DNA from: a virus
Taxonomy: Duplodnaviria; Caudoviricetes
DNA: 25,934 nt
Strand: one strand, 5' to 3'
Virus record (IMG/VR): IMGVR_UViG_3300035676_000349
Location: 1 to 25,934 of that record
The notes beneath the pieces were generated by a model. The model was not told the DNA's origin. It ran no database searches and was given only the letters and a program-made list of their open reading frames with translations. Shown here piece after piece: positions 1-10,606 of this stretch; within the stretch, counting starts at the first letter, position 1, and every line of letters starts with the position of its first letter. The position numbers were made by a program, and so were the translations under genes.

Positions 1-884
<884 letters not shown>

Positions 885-888
885 CTAA

Positions 889-3099
889 TCACCTCCAACT
901 ACCAAAAAAATTCTTTTTAAAATAATCGGCTGCATCAATCGAACCTTGCGTATTTTGCCAATTAACGTATTCGTCCGCTGTAATATTCCAGCGTCTGGCT
1001 ATGTCGTCGATTACTTCAGGAGATTCAGGAGATTCGGGGTCAGTCCTTAATTTCTCCATATACGCCATAACGCCATTTTTATCTAATTCTTTACCCCGTA
1101 TTATTGTTGGTTGGACATCACTATATTTATCTTTAGGATCATACTTAGGATTAGGGACGTATTTATCTTTATAGAACTCTCTCTCAATAGTTGCATTGTA
1201 ATCATTCAGTCTTTGAGTTTTATCTTTAGTATTTGATAAACGAGATTCTTTTGCGAGTTTTAATTGGTCATTTGTACTGCGGCTTGAAATCTGCGAATTA
1301 ATATTCTTCTGCTGCAAAATCTCCGTTTCTACCTGTTGTAGTGCAAGTCTGGTTTTAGCATCCTCTTGAGTTTTCGTGTATACCGCCTTAATTTCTTTTA
1401 CCGCATTATCAAATTTCAGACCTTTCAATTCTTCCGCTGCCTTATCTAACTTCATTTTACTTTCATCGGATGCTGTTAAAAGACCTATCGTTTTTATCCT
1501 CAAGTCTATAGCCGATATAGCATTTTTCAATTCGCCCTCACGAAGTTCGTTCACTCTCTTACCAATATTCGTCAGTCCAAACTCATATCCATATTTTTCA
1601 AGTAGGTCTGAGCTATTTGTTATCTTTTCAAGCCTTGCGCCTTCTACTGCAATGGCTTCGTCTTTCATACCCTGCGCTGAATATGCATCTCTCAAAGCTG
1701 CTAGATTATTTTGGTTGTTTGCGACGTTGATAGCAAAAGTCGGATCTGACGCTTTCAAATTCTCATATGCTTGAGCATAACCTCTTGCTGTATCGGACAA
1801 TACAAAGCCGTACTGTTTTTCCTCGGAGGCCTCTCGTTCTTTTAGCGCATCTTGTTCGGCTTTAGTAACTTTCAAACCGTATTCACCTTTCTTAATTTTT
1901 TGATCCTCTTGTTTTCTTTTTTCGTCAGCCGTTAGTTCGTATTCACCTGTAACCGGATTTCTAGCATAGCCCATAGAACCGGTATAGTCACTAATCGCTT
2001 TAGCGTCCTTATCTTTTTGTTTCTGTAACGCATCTGCTTTATTCTGAGCAGCCGTAGCCGTAGCCTCTTCCCGTTTCTGAGCTAAGCTGTTGGCGTTGTT
2101 AGTTAACGTTGACGCCAATTGTGCAGTTTGTAAATTCCGATTGAACGCTGTATTGTTAGCATCATTTACGTCTGTAACTCCGGTACGATATCTGTTATAA
2201 GCGGATGTGTCTAGATTCTGTAGCAATTCTAGATTATTCATTAGATTCCCGATGTTTTGTTGATATTGATTTTTCGCCGATTCTTGGAATTGAGGTATAA
2301 GATTCATGTTAGCTAGATCCATAGCCGCCTCATTACTCATACTTCCAAGCATATTTCTCCTGGCAAACTCTCTGATAGTTTGTTCTCTCGCTTGTTGTTG
2401 TGCGGCTTTTAGCCCTTCATCTGTATTAGGATTATAGCTGAACGGTGTAGACATAGACGCTTGCCATTTGGATAGTGCATCAGCTATTTGTTGAGAGTAG
2501 GGAGAATTATAGGGAGCGGGAGCGGCTTGTTGTGTCTGTGGTGTTATCAAACCTTTTAGTTGTTTGAACATGTCCTCTACGGTCATCGTTGGTTGTTGTG
2601 GTTGTTGTGGTAGTTCCGGTAGTTCCGGTTGCTTCGGTAGTTCCGGTTGCTTCGGTAGTTCCGGTTGCTTCGGTTGTACGTATGGTGTTCCGGTATATCC
2701 GGCGTTATTACCTTGTGTCGCATTTTGAGCAGGAGTTTGCAAAAAGTTATATGTAGGCGTTGAAGGCGTTGAAGGCGTTTTAACCTGAAACGTGTTTAGT
2801 TGATTTGTCATAGTTTGAGGTGCAGGTGCTACAGGTGCTACAGGTGCAGATTGAAAAGATGTGGCGGGTTTAAAAGCCGCCAATTGATTAGCTATATTTT
2901 GCGCTGTATTAGTTGCAGGAGCGGTGGGTGTAGCTACAGGCGTTACTTTAGCGGTAGGCGTAGCTTCTATCTGACCTTTTAAGTTATTAACATTCGTCTC
3001 AAATTTTTGGATTGTAGCTGCGTTTGTACCACCCCTTGACTTATATCTATCTAATGCGTCCTGAGCCGAAGATAGTTGTTGCGCTAATGTTTGAGCCAT
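889..3099 (-). CDS. Probable internal virion/ejection (pilot) protein, 736 aa
   Basis: AAAGGAGG RBS. Pro/Thr/Gln-rich disordered N-terminus, then a FSYNPNTD..QQAREQ segment and a long Q/A/K-rich helical/coiled-coil region. Position is typical of podovirus ejection proteins. Confidence 0.55.
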   Translation of the reverse strand: MAQTLAQQLSSAQDALDRYKSRGGTNAATIQKFETNVNNLKGQIEATPTAKVTPVATPTAPATNTAQNIANQLAAFKPATSFQSAPVAPVAPAPQTMTNQLNTFQVKTPSTPSTPTYNFLQTPAQNATQGNNAGYTGTPYVQPKQPELPKQPELPKQPELPELPQQPQQPTMTVEDMFKQLKGLITPQTQQAAPAPYNSPYSQQIADALSKWQASMSTPFSYNPNTDEGLKAAQQQAREQTIREFARRNMLGSMSNEAAMDLANMNLIPQFQESAKNQYQQNIGNLMNNLELLQNLDTSAYNRYRTGVTDVNDANNTAFNRNLQTAQLASTLTNNANSLAQKREEATATAAQNKADALQKQKDKDAKAISDYTGSMGYARNPVTGEYELTADEKRKQEDQKIKKGEYGLKVTKAEQDALKEREASEEKQYGFVLSDTARGYAQAYENLKASDPTFAINVANNQNNLAALRDAYSAQGMKDEAIAVEGARLEKITNSSDLLEKYGYEFGLTNIGKRVNELREGELKNAISAIDLRIKTIGLLTASDESKMKLDKAAEELKGLKFDNAVKEIKAVYTKTQEDAKTRLALQQVETEILQQKNINSQISSRSTNDQLKLAKESRLSNTKDKTQRLNDYNATIEREFYKDKYVPNPKYDPKDKYSDVQPTIIRGKELDKNGVMAYMEKLRTDPESPESPEVIDDIARRWNITADEYVNWQNTQGSIDAADYFKKNFFGSWR
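2611..2676. repeat. 18-bp tandem repeat (about 3 copies plus partial) encoding QPELPK
   Basis: The unit cggtagttccggttgctt repeats; the protein reads QPKQPELPKQPELPKQPELPELPQQPQQP. Confidence 0.9.
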
Positions 3100-3113
3100 A
3101 TATGTCCTCCTTT

Positions 3114-5216
3114 CTATTTTACATACTCAGTCCTACTGCCAAGCATGTCTGTAATTATATGTGCGTCAAAACTCATAAGTTTTACTGGCAGTGAGTAGTT
3201 ATCAGTACTCGCAAAAAGACCGCTCGCATTTAGGGTATCCCTATAAATTTTAAATTGTATTACGTCGCTTACTGTAGAATTGGACGGTGGCGTAATTCCG
3301 GTTGTTATGCCAATCTGATGAAATGTCCCACCGGGATACGTAGTCGCAAGATTATCACATTTTAGATACGTCCAATCCGCTACTGTACTTAAGTTAGCGC
3401 AATATCTAAACTGTATTAGCATATTTGGTGTATTGCCGCTACTCTGTAGCCAATGGAAATGCGGGTATATTACTTCGGATGCAACCCTATCATGGTTAAG
3501 TTGCATATTAGTATATTGAAAACTCGTAAGTGTAGCATTTGTAGAATAATTAATAGTAGTATCAGTAGTATCCTCGGTTATTGCGGAACCGACTATTTTT
3601 AACTTTGTCACGTCTCCCAATTCATCCCGATAGGTTCTTGCATCCCCAAACGCTACATACGTCCCGTCACTTTCAAATTTCGAATAACTTGTACTGTTGC
3701 CAAAAATAGCACTAGAAGCTTTAAGCTCGGTAAACGTTCCGCTACTACTTGTAAGAATGTTAAACGTAGCACTTCCGGTACTACCAAGTTGTCCAATAAC
3801 TGCACTGCTTGAAGTTATAGTGTTAAACGTAGCACTTCCGGTACTACCAAGTTGTCCAATAACTGCACTGCTTGAAGTTATAGTGTTGAATGTAGCACTT
3901 CCGGTACTGCCTAGTTGTCCGATGACTGCACTGCTTGAAGTTATAGTGTTGAATGTAGCACTTCCAGTACTGCCTAGTTGTCCGATGACTGCACTGCTAC
4001 TTGTAAGGATATTAAACTCAGCACTGCCAGTACTGCCAAGTTGTCCGATGACTGCGCTACTGCTAGCAAAGGAATTGAGTATACTCGTGTTTGACCAAAC
4101 GCCACTTGATGTATTGTAAACTAAAAGTTGTCCTGATACTAGCGAACTAATACACGTATCATGTAAATCCTGTAAGGTATTGCCATTGTTAACATTCAAC
4201 AAAACTGCTCCTGCTGTTGAACTTATTACTACATACCCCACTTTTATTGCTACATAAGGCTTAGATGGTTTTACATTAACAATACCTCCTGGAGTGGTAC
4301 TAGAAAGATATAATAAATCACCTTCTGTAAAAGCAGACGTATCTATGTCTCGAACTAGACCGAATGTACTTATATATCCTGTATTATTCTTAGCAATATC
4401 ATGTGTCACCAACCCGATAGAATTTTGGACTGAAAAATCCGTTGTTGCTTGTGCTAATGCAACGGTCGGTCTGTTTCCTTGTGCGCCGTCAATATATACA
4501 ACTTGTCCATTTGTAACATCACCTGTTGTTTTATTTGTCGCTCTAATGTATAGCTCCTGCCCGACTTGTAGGGTTACATCAACGTTTTCAGTTTGTACGT
4601 TCAATGTTTTATCGGAATCGTTCCATCTTAATTCACCTTCACTTAGCGGATCTGTACTCGGTGTAATATTAAACGCTATCTTTTGTACGGATAAACTTGC
4701 CGTGCTGTTAATATACGGTATAACTGCACTACTACTTGTAAGAATATTAAACTCAGCACTTCCAGTACTGCCAAGTTGTCCTATTACTGCACTGCTACTT
4801 GTAAGGATATTAAACTCAGCACTTCCAGTACTACCTAGTTGTCCGATGACTGCACTGCTTGAAGTTATAGTGTTAAATGTAGCGCTTCCGGTACTTCCAA
4901 GTTGTCCTATTACTGCACTACTGCTTGTAAGGATATTGAACCTAGCACTTCCAGTACTGCCAAGTTGTCCTATCACTGCACTACTACTGGCCAGAGTGTT
5001 GAACGTAGCACTTCCAGTACTTGATATGTACGCTAAATTAGCCGTACTGGCATTGACCTGATACAACGTAAGTGAACCGGTACTACCAATAACCAATGAC
5101 GATAAATCGATGTGACTCAAGTAGTACCGCAACCTATTATTCAATTCAACCTGCAAGCTGCTAAAATCCGGCTCGCCGGTTATAGGGTTAACAAGCTCTA
5201 TGTTTTTCCATGCCAT
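3114..5216 (-). CDS. Tail/virion fibre protein with two arrays of 21-aa Ser/Thr-rich repeats
   Basis: The ORF track gives 3114..5264; the likely start is ATG 5216 (MAWKNIEL, GAGG RBS, 2-nt gap after the upstream stop). It has nine SSSAVIGQLGSTGSAxFNxxT units and a central phage-fibre-type domain (GELRWNDSDKTL...LQVGQE...NGQVVYIDGAQG...GDLLYLS). It follows the nozzle gene. Confidence 0.65.
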   Translation of the reverse strand: MAWKNIELVNPITGEPDFSSLQVELNNRLRYYLSHIDLSSLVIGSTGSLTLYQVNASTANLAYISSTGSATFNTLASSSAVIGQLGSTGSARFNILTSSSAVIGQLGSTGSATFNTITSSSAVIGQLGSTGSAEFNILTSSSAVIGQLGSTGSAEFNILTSSSAVIPYINSTASLSVQKIAFNITPSTDPLSEGELRWNDSDKTLNVQTENVDVTLQVGQELYIRATNKTTGDVTNGQVVYIDGAQGNRPTVALAQATTDFSVQNSIGLVTHDIAKNNTGYISTFGLVRDIDTSAFTEGDLLYLSSTTPGGIVNVKPSKPYVAIKVGYVVISSTAGAVLLNVNNGNTLQDLHDTCISSLVSGQLLVYNTSSGVWSNTSILNSFASSSAVIGQLGSTGSAEFNILTSSSAVIGQLGSTGSATFNTITSSSAVIGQLGSTGSATFNTITSSSAVIGQLGSTGSATFNTITSSSAVIGQLGSTGSATFNILTSSSGTFTELKASSAIFGNSTSYSKFESDGTYVAFGDARTYRDELGDVTKLKIVGSAITEDTTDTTINYSTNATLTSFQYTNMQLNHDRVASEVIYPHFHWLQSSGNTPNMLIQFRYCANLSTVADWTYLKCDNLATTYPGGTFHQIGITTGITPPSNSTVSDVIQFKIYRDTLNASGLFASTDNYSLPVKLMSFDAHIITDMLGSRTEYVK
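3750..4064. repeat. 63-bp tandem repeat, 5 copies (second array of the fibre protein)
   Basis: Five consecutive 21-aa units; copies differ mostly at synonymous positions. Confidence 0.9.
4737..4988. repeat. 63-bp tandem repeat, 4 copies plus degenerate flanks (first array of the fibre protein)
   Basis: Four consecutive 21-aa units homologous to the 3750..4064 array. Confidence 0.9.
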
Positions 5217-5218
5217 TA

Positions 5219-6622
5219 TTATCGCCTCACTCTCATATAAGGCTCTAGGTAAAATATGGTACAAGGCCCTGTTCCAGAAAACTTCAACCTGTACCAGTTA
5301 ATCCCCTGTAATGCAGATGTGGGAATCTGTATGCGTGTATTCTGCTCATTGACACTTGCGGTAAATGTTTTTAAAGTTGTGAAGCTTGTACCATCCCAGT
5401 CCGTAGAGTATGATACCGTTAGCGTAGACCCAGTTGGTAAATCCAACACTGCGTAAATATCACCAATGACTTTAAGCCCTCTTACAGGTAACGAATCCCA
5501 TACGCCAAATGTAACTTCCCAAGTGATAGCAGTGCCGCCGTCATCCGTACCATAATTAAGTTTCCATATATAGCCCGAAGTGTCAACAGCATATAGGTTC
5601 TCATCCACCTGAGTAAAATCCAGTATACCCATATTCCACACATACCACAATCTCAAATCTGTATCGTACTGTAAAGTGTAATTGTTAGTTGTAGCGGATG
5701 TGCCATATGGTATGCTCCAATAAATGTACTTCCCAAACTTACCCGCACAAATCTTGTCCTTATAAGTCCAGTTAATACCCTCAACATAAGTCTTGACTCT
5801 CTGGCTAACTTCCTTCGGTACACCTCCCGTATAACCCATAATCCTATCGTAATCCATAAAATAAAGTATATTGTTATGTACCACGACAGACCTATCCGAA
5901 ACACAGCCGACGGGTATAGGCTCCATAAACTCAAAGTCTATCGGGTCATTGCCATATAAAATATGCATAGTCTGATCTGACCAACATATGACCATATCGT
6001 TATAGGCTGATATAGCCGTACCGACACCCTGCATACCAGCAACGGGAATTGTATCCGCATCCAGTACAGTAGTCCAGTCAGTTATCGTATTAGCAGCACA
6101 ACACTTTAAAACCGCCCCATCTAATGCAAATAACCTATAATCATCACAAGTATATAGTCGGGTCTGTGGTGCAGCCGCTATATCTGCTACCGTAGTTCCA
6201 TTGAAATACTCAAGGTAACTGGTGTTAGCCCTTACAGTGAATTTAGCCGCCGCAGTATTAAACTGTAACAGTTTGTCTGTACCGCTTATACATGTAGTAC
6301 TTATATTAATGTAGTCCGTTGTCGCTACTGACCAATACTTCCACACTGCACCATCTACAACGTGAAAAGTGTTTGCGCTACTCGTACCCCTAGTACCTAA
6401 AGCACTTGGTGTTGTTATCGTTGCGCTTGACGATGGAAACTGATAACTTCGCCCAGGTCTTACGCTTAAAGCGGGATAATTTTGATTCGAGATATTTAGC
6501 GCTGATACGCACTCACTGCGTTTAATTTCGTTAGGTGGGTTATAGGTATTTATGCCGTCACCAGGACGGATAATGTCTTGTGGCTCAAAAACTCTACTCG
6601 GCCTACTCTTAAAATACGCCAT
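5219..6622 (-). CDS. Tail nozzle / head-closure beta-propeller protein (P22 gp10 / T7 gp12-like role)
   Basis: Likely start ATG 6622 (GAGG RBS; the track gives 6631). Motifs GINTYNPP, LSVRPGR, VGCVSDRSVV, ILYFMDYD, VSQRV and YDTDLRLWY. Beta-rich, about 470 aa, directly after an adaptor-like gene. Confidence 0.65.
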   Translation of the reverse strand: MAYFKSRPSRVFEPQDIIRPGDGINTYNPPNEIKRSECVSALNISNQNYPALSVRPGRSYQFPSSSATITTPSALGTRGTSSANTFHVVDGAVWKYWSVATTDYINISTTCISGTDKLLQFNTAAAKFTVRANTSYLEYFNGTTVADIAAAPQTRLYTCDDYRLFALDGAVLKCCAANTITDWTTVLDADTIPVAGMQGVGTAISAYNDMVICWSDQTMHILYGNDPIDFEFMEPIPVGCVSDRSVVVHNNILYFMDYDRIMGYTGGVPKEVSQRVKTYVEGINWTYKDKICAGKFGKYIYWSIPYGTSATTNNYTLQYDTDLRLWYVWNMGILDFTQVDENLYAVDTSGYIWKLNYGTDDGGTAITWEVTFGVWDSLPVRGLKVIGDIYAVLDLPTGSTLTVSYSTDWDGTSFTTLKTFTASVNEQNTRIQIPTSALQGINWYRLKFSGTGPCTIFYLEPYMRVRR

Positions 6623-6624
6623 CC

Positions 6625-7272
6625 TTACCACCTCGATTCCATTTGCTCAGCTATTATCGGCGCATTTTCATAGCGTTCTTTAAGCCGCTTTTTTATCTTG
6701 TCAAAACGTTCATCAAATTTTTGTTGATAGTAATTAGCTATTTCGGTATCTGGATTTTGACCCTGAGAAGCTAATGATTGCGTAAGACCAAAACATAGTA
6801 AGTCGTGATACTCAGCATCCAATAACGGGGTTTGTCCAGTTCCAGATAGGGTAGGGGGGTCTTGGTAATAGAAAAAGCGAATTTCATAAAAATCTGTATC
6901 AATCGCTTTGCCGTCAACCGCCAATATAATTACACCCTCAGCCACAACACCCCATATGTATCCAGAATCCACATTATCGTTGAGTGTTTTATGCTCGTAT
7001 TCTTGCCACTCCGTATTATCGTCAATATCATATACAATGTCTTTACTTATCTCTATCTTTATGATATTCTCAGGTTTACAGTCTGTAGGTAGATTGTAAG
7101 TGAGTTGGTTAGCTACTGTATACAGAGTTGTCAAATCGTATATGTTTTTTAACCTCATTATCTGACCGTAAACGTCTTTGTGAATTAAATTTAAATCGAT
7201 TGTACAATCGGCATCCGAAACGCTATTAGGAAACTTTCTATCGGCAAATGCTATAATCTCAGCTACTGTCAT
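6625..7272 (-). CDS. Head-tail adaptor (gatekeeper) protein
   Basis: Likely start ATG 7272 (GGGGGTGA RBS; the track gives 7281). Motifs MTVAEII, TVANQLTYNLPTD and PLLDAEYHDLLCFG plus a helical C-terminus fit podovirus-type adaptors. Confidence 0.7.
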   Translation of the reverse strand: MTVAEIIAFADRKFPNSVSDADCTIDLNLIHKDVYGQIMRLKNIYDLTTLYTVANQLTYNLPTDCKPENIIKIEISKDIVYDIDDNTEWQEYEHKTLNDNVDSGYIWGVVAEGVIILAVDGKAIDTDFYEIRFFYYQDPPTLSGTGQTPLLDAEYHDLLCFGLTQSLASQGQNPDTEIANYYQQKFDERFDKIKKRLKERYENAPIIAEQMESRW

Positions 7273-7289
7273 TCCTATCACCCCCTAAC

Positions 7290-7988
7290 TTAGTTAAATC
7301 GTTTATCTGGTACAACAAAATTCGAAACGTATCTTGCAAAATTACTTATCCTTATTCCATCCATCCAGCCGGGGAAATTAGCAGCATAATCTTGTCTAGA
7401 GCCGATTGTTAGGATATCAATGCCTACAACATCTGTAGTATAGGCTTGTGTATTTTCTGCTATCCCTTGCACGAATATTTTTAAAATCCCACTATTTCTG
7501 CAAAATGCGAAATGATACCACGTATTCGCTGCTATTGATGTGGTAGTAGCATAATCAACTACGCCAGTAGTATTAAAATGGAATTTACCGTCACCAGTTA
7601 AAAACTCCATTCGATACGCTCTAACACCGTTTCTGACAATATCCATCAAAATACAGTCAGCCGCTATGGACGAAAATCTTGCCCAATACTCAATAGTGAA
7701 ATCGCCAGTTCCGAAGTTGAAAATATTTCCGAAGTTAATAACCTCTAAATAGTCACCCGCACCGTCGAAGAGTATGCTTGAATTGTTAAATACGTATTGT
7801 GCAGTATCTATTTGGGCATCACCGCCAACATTAACGGTGTTACCTGCATCATCAATTATAGAGGTTGAACCGTCAGTACCTTTACCTTGTATGAGTAATT
7901 TTGTAAATACGTCCTTTCCATACTGTCGTAAACTGTTTCTCGATGGAATTTTTACTAGCGCATCGGATTGTAGTATAGATAGAGCCAT
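7290..7988 (-). CDS. LamG / concanavalin A-like lectin-domain virion protein
   Basis: Likely start ATG 7988 (the track gives 8012). Motifs SILFDGAGDYL, FGTGDFTIEYW, NTWYHFAFCR and GWMDGIRIS are characteristic of phage LamG domains. Confidence 0.85.
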   Translation of the reverse strand: MALSILQSDALVKIPSRNSLRQYGKDVFTKLLIQGKGTDGSTSIIDDAGNTVNVGGDAQIDTAQYVFNNSSILFDGAGDYLEVINFGNIFNFGTGDFTIEYWARFSSIAADCILMDIVRNGVRAYRMEFLTGDGKFHFNTTGVVDYATTTSIAANTWYHFAFCRNSGILKIFVQGIAENTQAYTTDVVGIDILTIGSRQDYAANFPGWMDGIRISNFARYVSNFVVPDKRFN

Positions 7989-8001
7989 ACTTCTACACCC
8001 C

Positions 8002-9747
8002 CTAATTAGCAACTCTTAATAGCCTGTATCCACCGCCACCGCTATCATCAGCCCCCATTGATACTTGACGTAATGCAAAAGAGCCGCCATCATTGACGTA
8101 TAATAGTAATGCTGTATCCTCAGCAGAAGGTGTATTGTCCAATTCCATAATCGACACAGTTCCATCATAAGCCGCAAGTTTCCCAGACGTTGCTGCATTT
8201 CTTATAGTCCAATCTACTACACCGGCTTGTGCTAAAATTAACTCTGAATTGCTACCACTCGCTACAGAGACCTTCATACTATGCTCGGACTGTATTCTTT
8301 GAGTTGACCTGATAAGACCAGTTGTATCAACTACATTGCCTATTTCAACATCTCTCGTACCGAGTAAACCTAACTGTGATACAGAATTGCTAAGCGCAAT
8401 ATTACTAACAATAAGAGTATCAGCCGATGAAGCACCAGTACCAATACCGTCACCGGTATTAGACAAAGAGTTATTGCAAGCCACAACTGTTCTAGACGAC
8501 CCGCTTTGAACGTATATACCACCGCCGCCATTAGATACAACATTGTTATTTGATATCACTGTATCAAGAATAGAACCTGAAGCTGCGTGATTAAGTCGAA
8601 TACCTACGCTTGTATTTGAACCTACGTTATTATTAATTATTTTAGTTCGTTTGTGATTGCTACTACCCGAACCGTCCCCAATCCAGATTCCGTCGCTAGA
8701 ATTTGATGACACATAATTACCTTCAATTACGTTATCCTCATTATCAGCACCTTGCGCACCAGACCAAATACCGCAATCCGCATTACTGGATATTCTATTG
8801 AAGAGAACCTTATTTCGTGAAGAGCCAAATTCTATAAAAACGCCATTTCGTGAATACGTAGCTGGTAAACCGGATGTTGCGCCATTATCGACAATGATAT
8901 TGTTTTGGATGATATTGTCACTACTTGTATTGTAGATAGAAATTCCGTTATTTTTAGTCCCAGTAATATAGCAATTCGTAATTAGCCCATAAGTGACTTG
9001 ATTGAATCTTATACCGTTACCGTTTGCGTCATCGGCTGGATGTGTAGAACTACCACTATTGCCATCGACTTTTAGACTTGAAATAGTGACATTAGATACC
9101 GCAGAAGAAGGCGAAGCTTCCCCAAAAATGTTATCCGCAGTCGCAGACGCTTTTTGTTTAACAATAGTGTTAAATCCATCCCCTATGTACGTTACATGTG
9201 AACGTAAGTTAATGGGTGCGGTTACTATATATGTTTTTGCACTGAATTTAAGCGTACCACCACCGTTGCTATCCAACGCACTTACGGCGTAATTGATATA
9301 GGTGGTATCGTCTGTTACACCGTCGCCTTTTGCGCCAAACCATTCAGGGTACATACATGGAACGTCCCAAGTTCCTGCTACGCTTCCACCTAACGACAAA
9401 TCAAATATTTGGTGTAATCCTGCGTCAATCTTGCCATTAACGCCGGTAATTGTTTTACCACTAGCGGGCTTAAGCATACCCCCCTCAATAAATTTCAACT
9501 TGATATTGCTTGGTATGCTTATGCTACTAGCAAGATAACACGTTCCGTCTTTGAACCATATTTCGGCATCAGCACCGTTAATGGTCGTATTTATAAGGGC
9601 ATACAACGCAGCGTAATCATCGGTGGCGCCATCTAATTCGCAATAAGAAGCGGCGGCGTATACGCCAAAATTGTCACGTGCAAAAAGGTCATAAAGCGTG
9701 TTAACGCTTGACGCTTGAGCAATTAATTGTGATAGTGTTGTTGCCAT
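8002..9747 (-). CDS. Tailspike-like right-handed beta-helix (pectate lyase-like) protein
   Basis: GGAGG RBS. PEWFGAKGDGVTDDT motif, GGGTLKFS, and many Asn-rich parallel beta-helix rungs (NGISIY, DGIWIG, NNVVSNGGGGIYV). Confidence 0.85.
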   Translation of the reverse strand: MATTLSQLIAQASSVNTLYDLFARDNFGVYAAASYCELDGATDDYAALYALINTTINGADAEIWFKDGTCYLASSISIPSNIKLKFIEGGMLKPASGKTITGVNGKIDAGLHQIFDLSLGGSVAGTWDVPCMYPEWFGAKGDGVTDDTTYINYAVSALDSNGGGTLKFSAKTYIVTAPINLRSHVTYIGDGFNTIVKQKASATADNIFGEASPSSAVSNVTISSLKVDGNSGSSTHPADDANGNGIRFNQVTYGLITNCYITGTKNNGISIYNTSSDNIIQNNIIVDNGATSGLPATYSRNGVFIEFGSSRNKVLFNRISSNADCGIWSGAQGADNEDNVIEGNYVSSNSSDGIWIGDGSGSSNHKRTKIINNNVGSNTSVGIRLNHAASGSILDTVISNNNVVSNGGGGIYVQSGSSRTVVACNNSLSNTGDGIGTGASSADTLIVSNIALSNSVSQLGLLGTRDVEIGNVVDTTGLIRSTQRIQSEHSMKVSVASGSNSELILAQAGVVDWTIRNAATSGKLAAYDGTVSIMELDNTPSAEDTALLLYVNDGGSFALRQVSMGADDSGGGGYRLLRVAN

Positions 9748-9748
9748 A

Positions 9749-10357
9749 TTATCCCTCCAATACTTTGACTTGTCCTACTGCTCCACCTGTATCACTCTTA
9801 AAAAGTACATAATCTCTTACCCTGAAATCATCCACCATACCTGCGGTATACTGAAAACAGTTATTACTTGTTGGCGCAATAGGCGTGGTTCCAGAATGCA
9901 AAGGTCTTGCAGTTACATAGCCGTTACCGCTTTTATTATGGAATGTGATATCTTTACCTTGAAGTGACAAGCATACCATCTTAGAGCCTTTAACTCCTGA
10001 ACTGGAATATGATACCTGATTAGTTGACGCTGCTGTAGTATCAGCGTAAACCGCAACATCCGTGAGGTGTGTTGAAAAGTTAAGACCATATTTGTCCATT
10101 AGCTGGTGACCTAGTATCTTTGTCCAATCCGTATAACTCGAAGCGACTCCGCTTGTAACCGTCGGGAATAAAGTGTCTTGCCATATAGCCGATGAACCGT
10201 ATCTAGTTCCCGTTATCGTAATGTATACCTGGTCTGTTCCAGTTACGACATATACCGCATTTCCGGTGGTTCCTAATGAGCCAACATCGGGTCTAGTACT
10301 GCCACCGTAGTCAAAACATGGAACAGTATACTGTTCTTTCTTGAAACCGTTAATCAT
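9749..10357 (-). CDS. Ser/Thr-rich putative virion structural protein, 202 aa
   Basis: AAGGTGA RBS, ATGA overlap with the upstream gene, beta-rich, located in the structural module. No family recognised. Confidence 0.55.
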   Translation of the reverse strand: MINGFKKEQYTVPCFDYGGSTRPDVGSLGTTGNAVYVVTGTDQVYITITGTRYGSSAIWQDTLFPTVTSGVASSYTDWTKILGHQLMDKYGLNFSTHLTDVAVYADTTAASTNQVSYSSSGVKGSKMVCLSLQGKDITFHNKSGNGYVTARPLHSGTTPIAPTSNNCFQYTAGMVDDFRVRDYVLFKSDTGGAVGQVKVLEG

Positions 10358-10596
10358 AATATCACCTTCTCCTTATTCTTTTTTGCGCACTTGACAAACT
10401 CTTCAGCACTCACATGTATAGCATGGCAATACCTACACCTACGCTCTTTACTCTCAACTTTAGGTGTTTCTTTAGGGATTTCCTTTGGTGCTTCTTTTGG
10501 TGTCTCTTTTGGAGCTTCTTTAGAAAGAAGCTCCAATATGTTATAGAGTAGTTTTTCAGTTACAGTGTTACAGTGGCCTTTATCAACGTTAAACAT
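10354..10596 (-). CDS. Small protein with KE[T/A/I]P repeats and a C-terminal Cys/His metal-binding motif
   Basis: GAGGTGGAG RBS. KEAPKETPKEAPKEIPKETPK followed by CRYCHAIH...C. Confidence 0.7.
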   Translation of the reverse strand: MFNVDKGHCNTVTEKLLYNILELLSKEAPKETPKEAPKEIPKETPKVESKERRCRYCHAIHVSAEEFVKCAKKNKEKVIL

Positions 10597-10606
10597 ACTC
10601 CACCTC

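Noticed and set aside
3750-4988. Diversity-generating retroelement template/variable repeat pair
   Set aside because: No reverse transcriptase in the window; the repeats are tandem and differences are mainly synonymous rather than adenine-specific.
3697-5061. Plus-strand ORFs 3697..4119 and 4294..5061 with LPVLPSCP repeats
   Set aside because: They are antisense shadows of the 63-bp repeats in the fibre gene.
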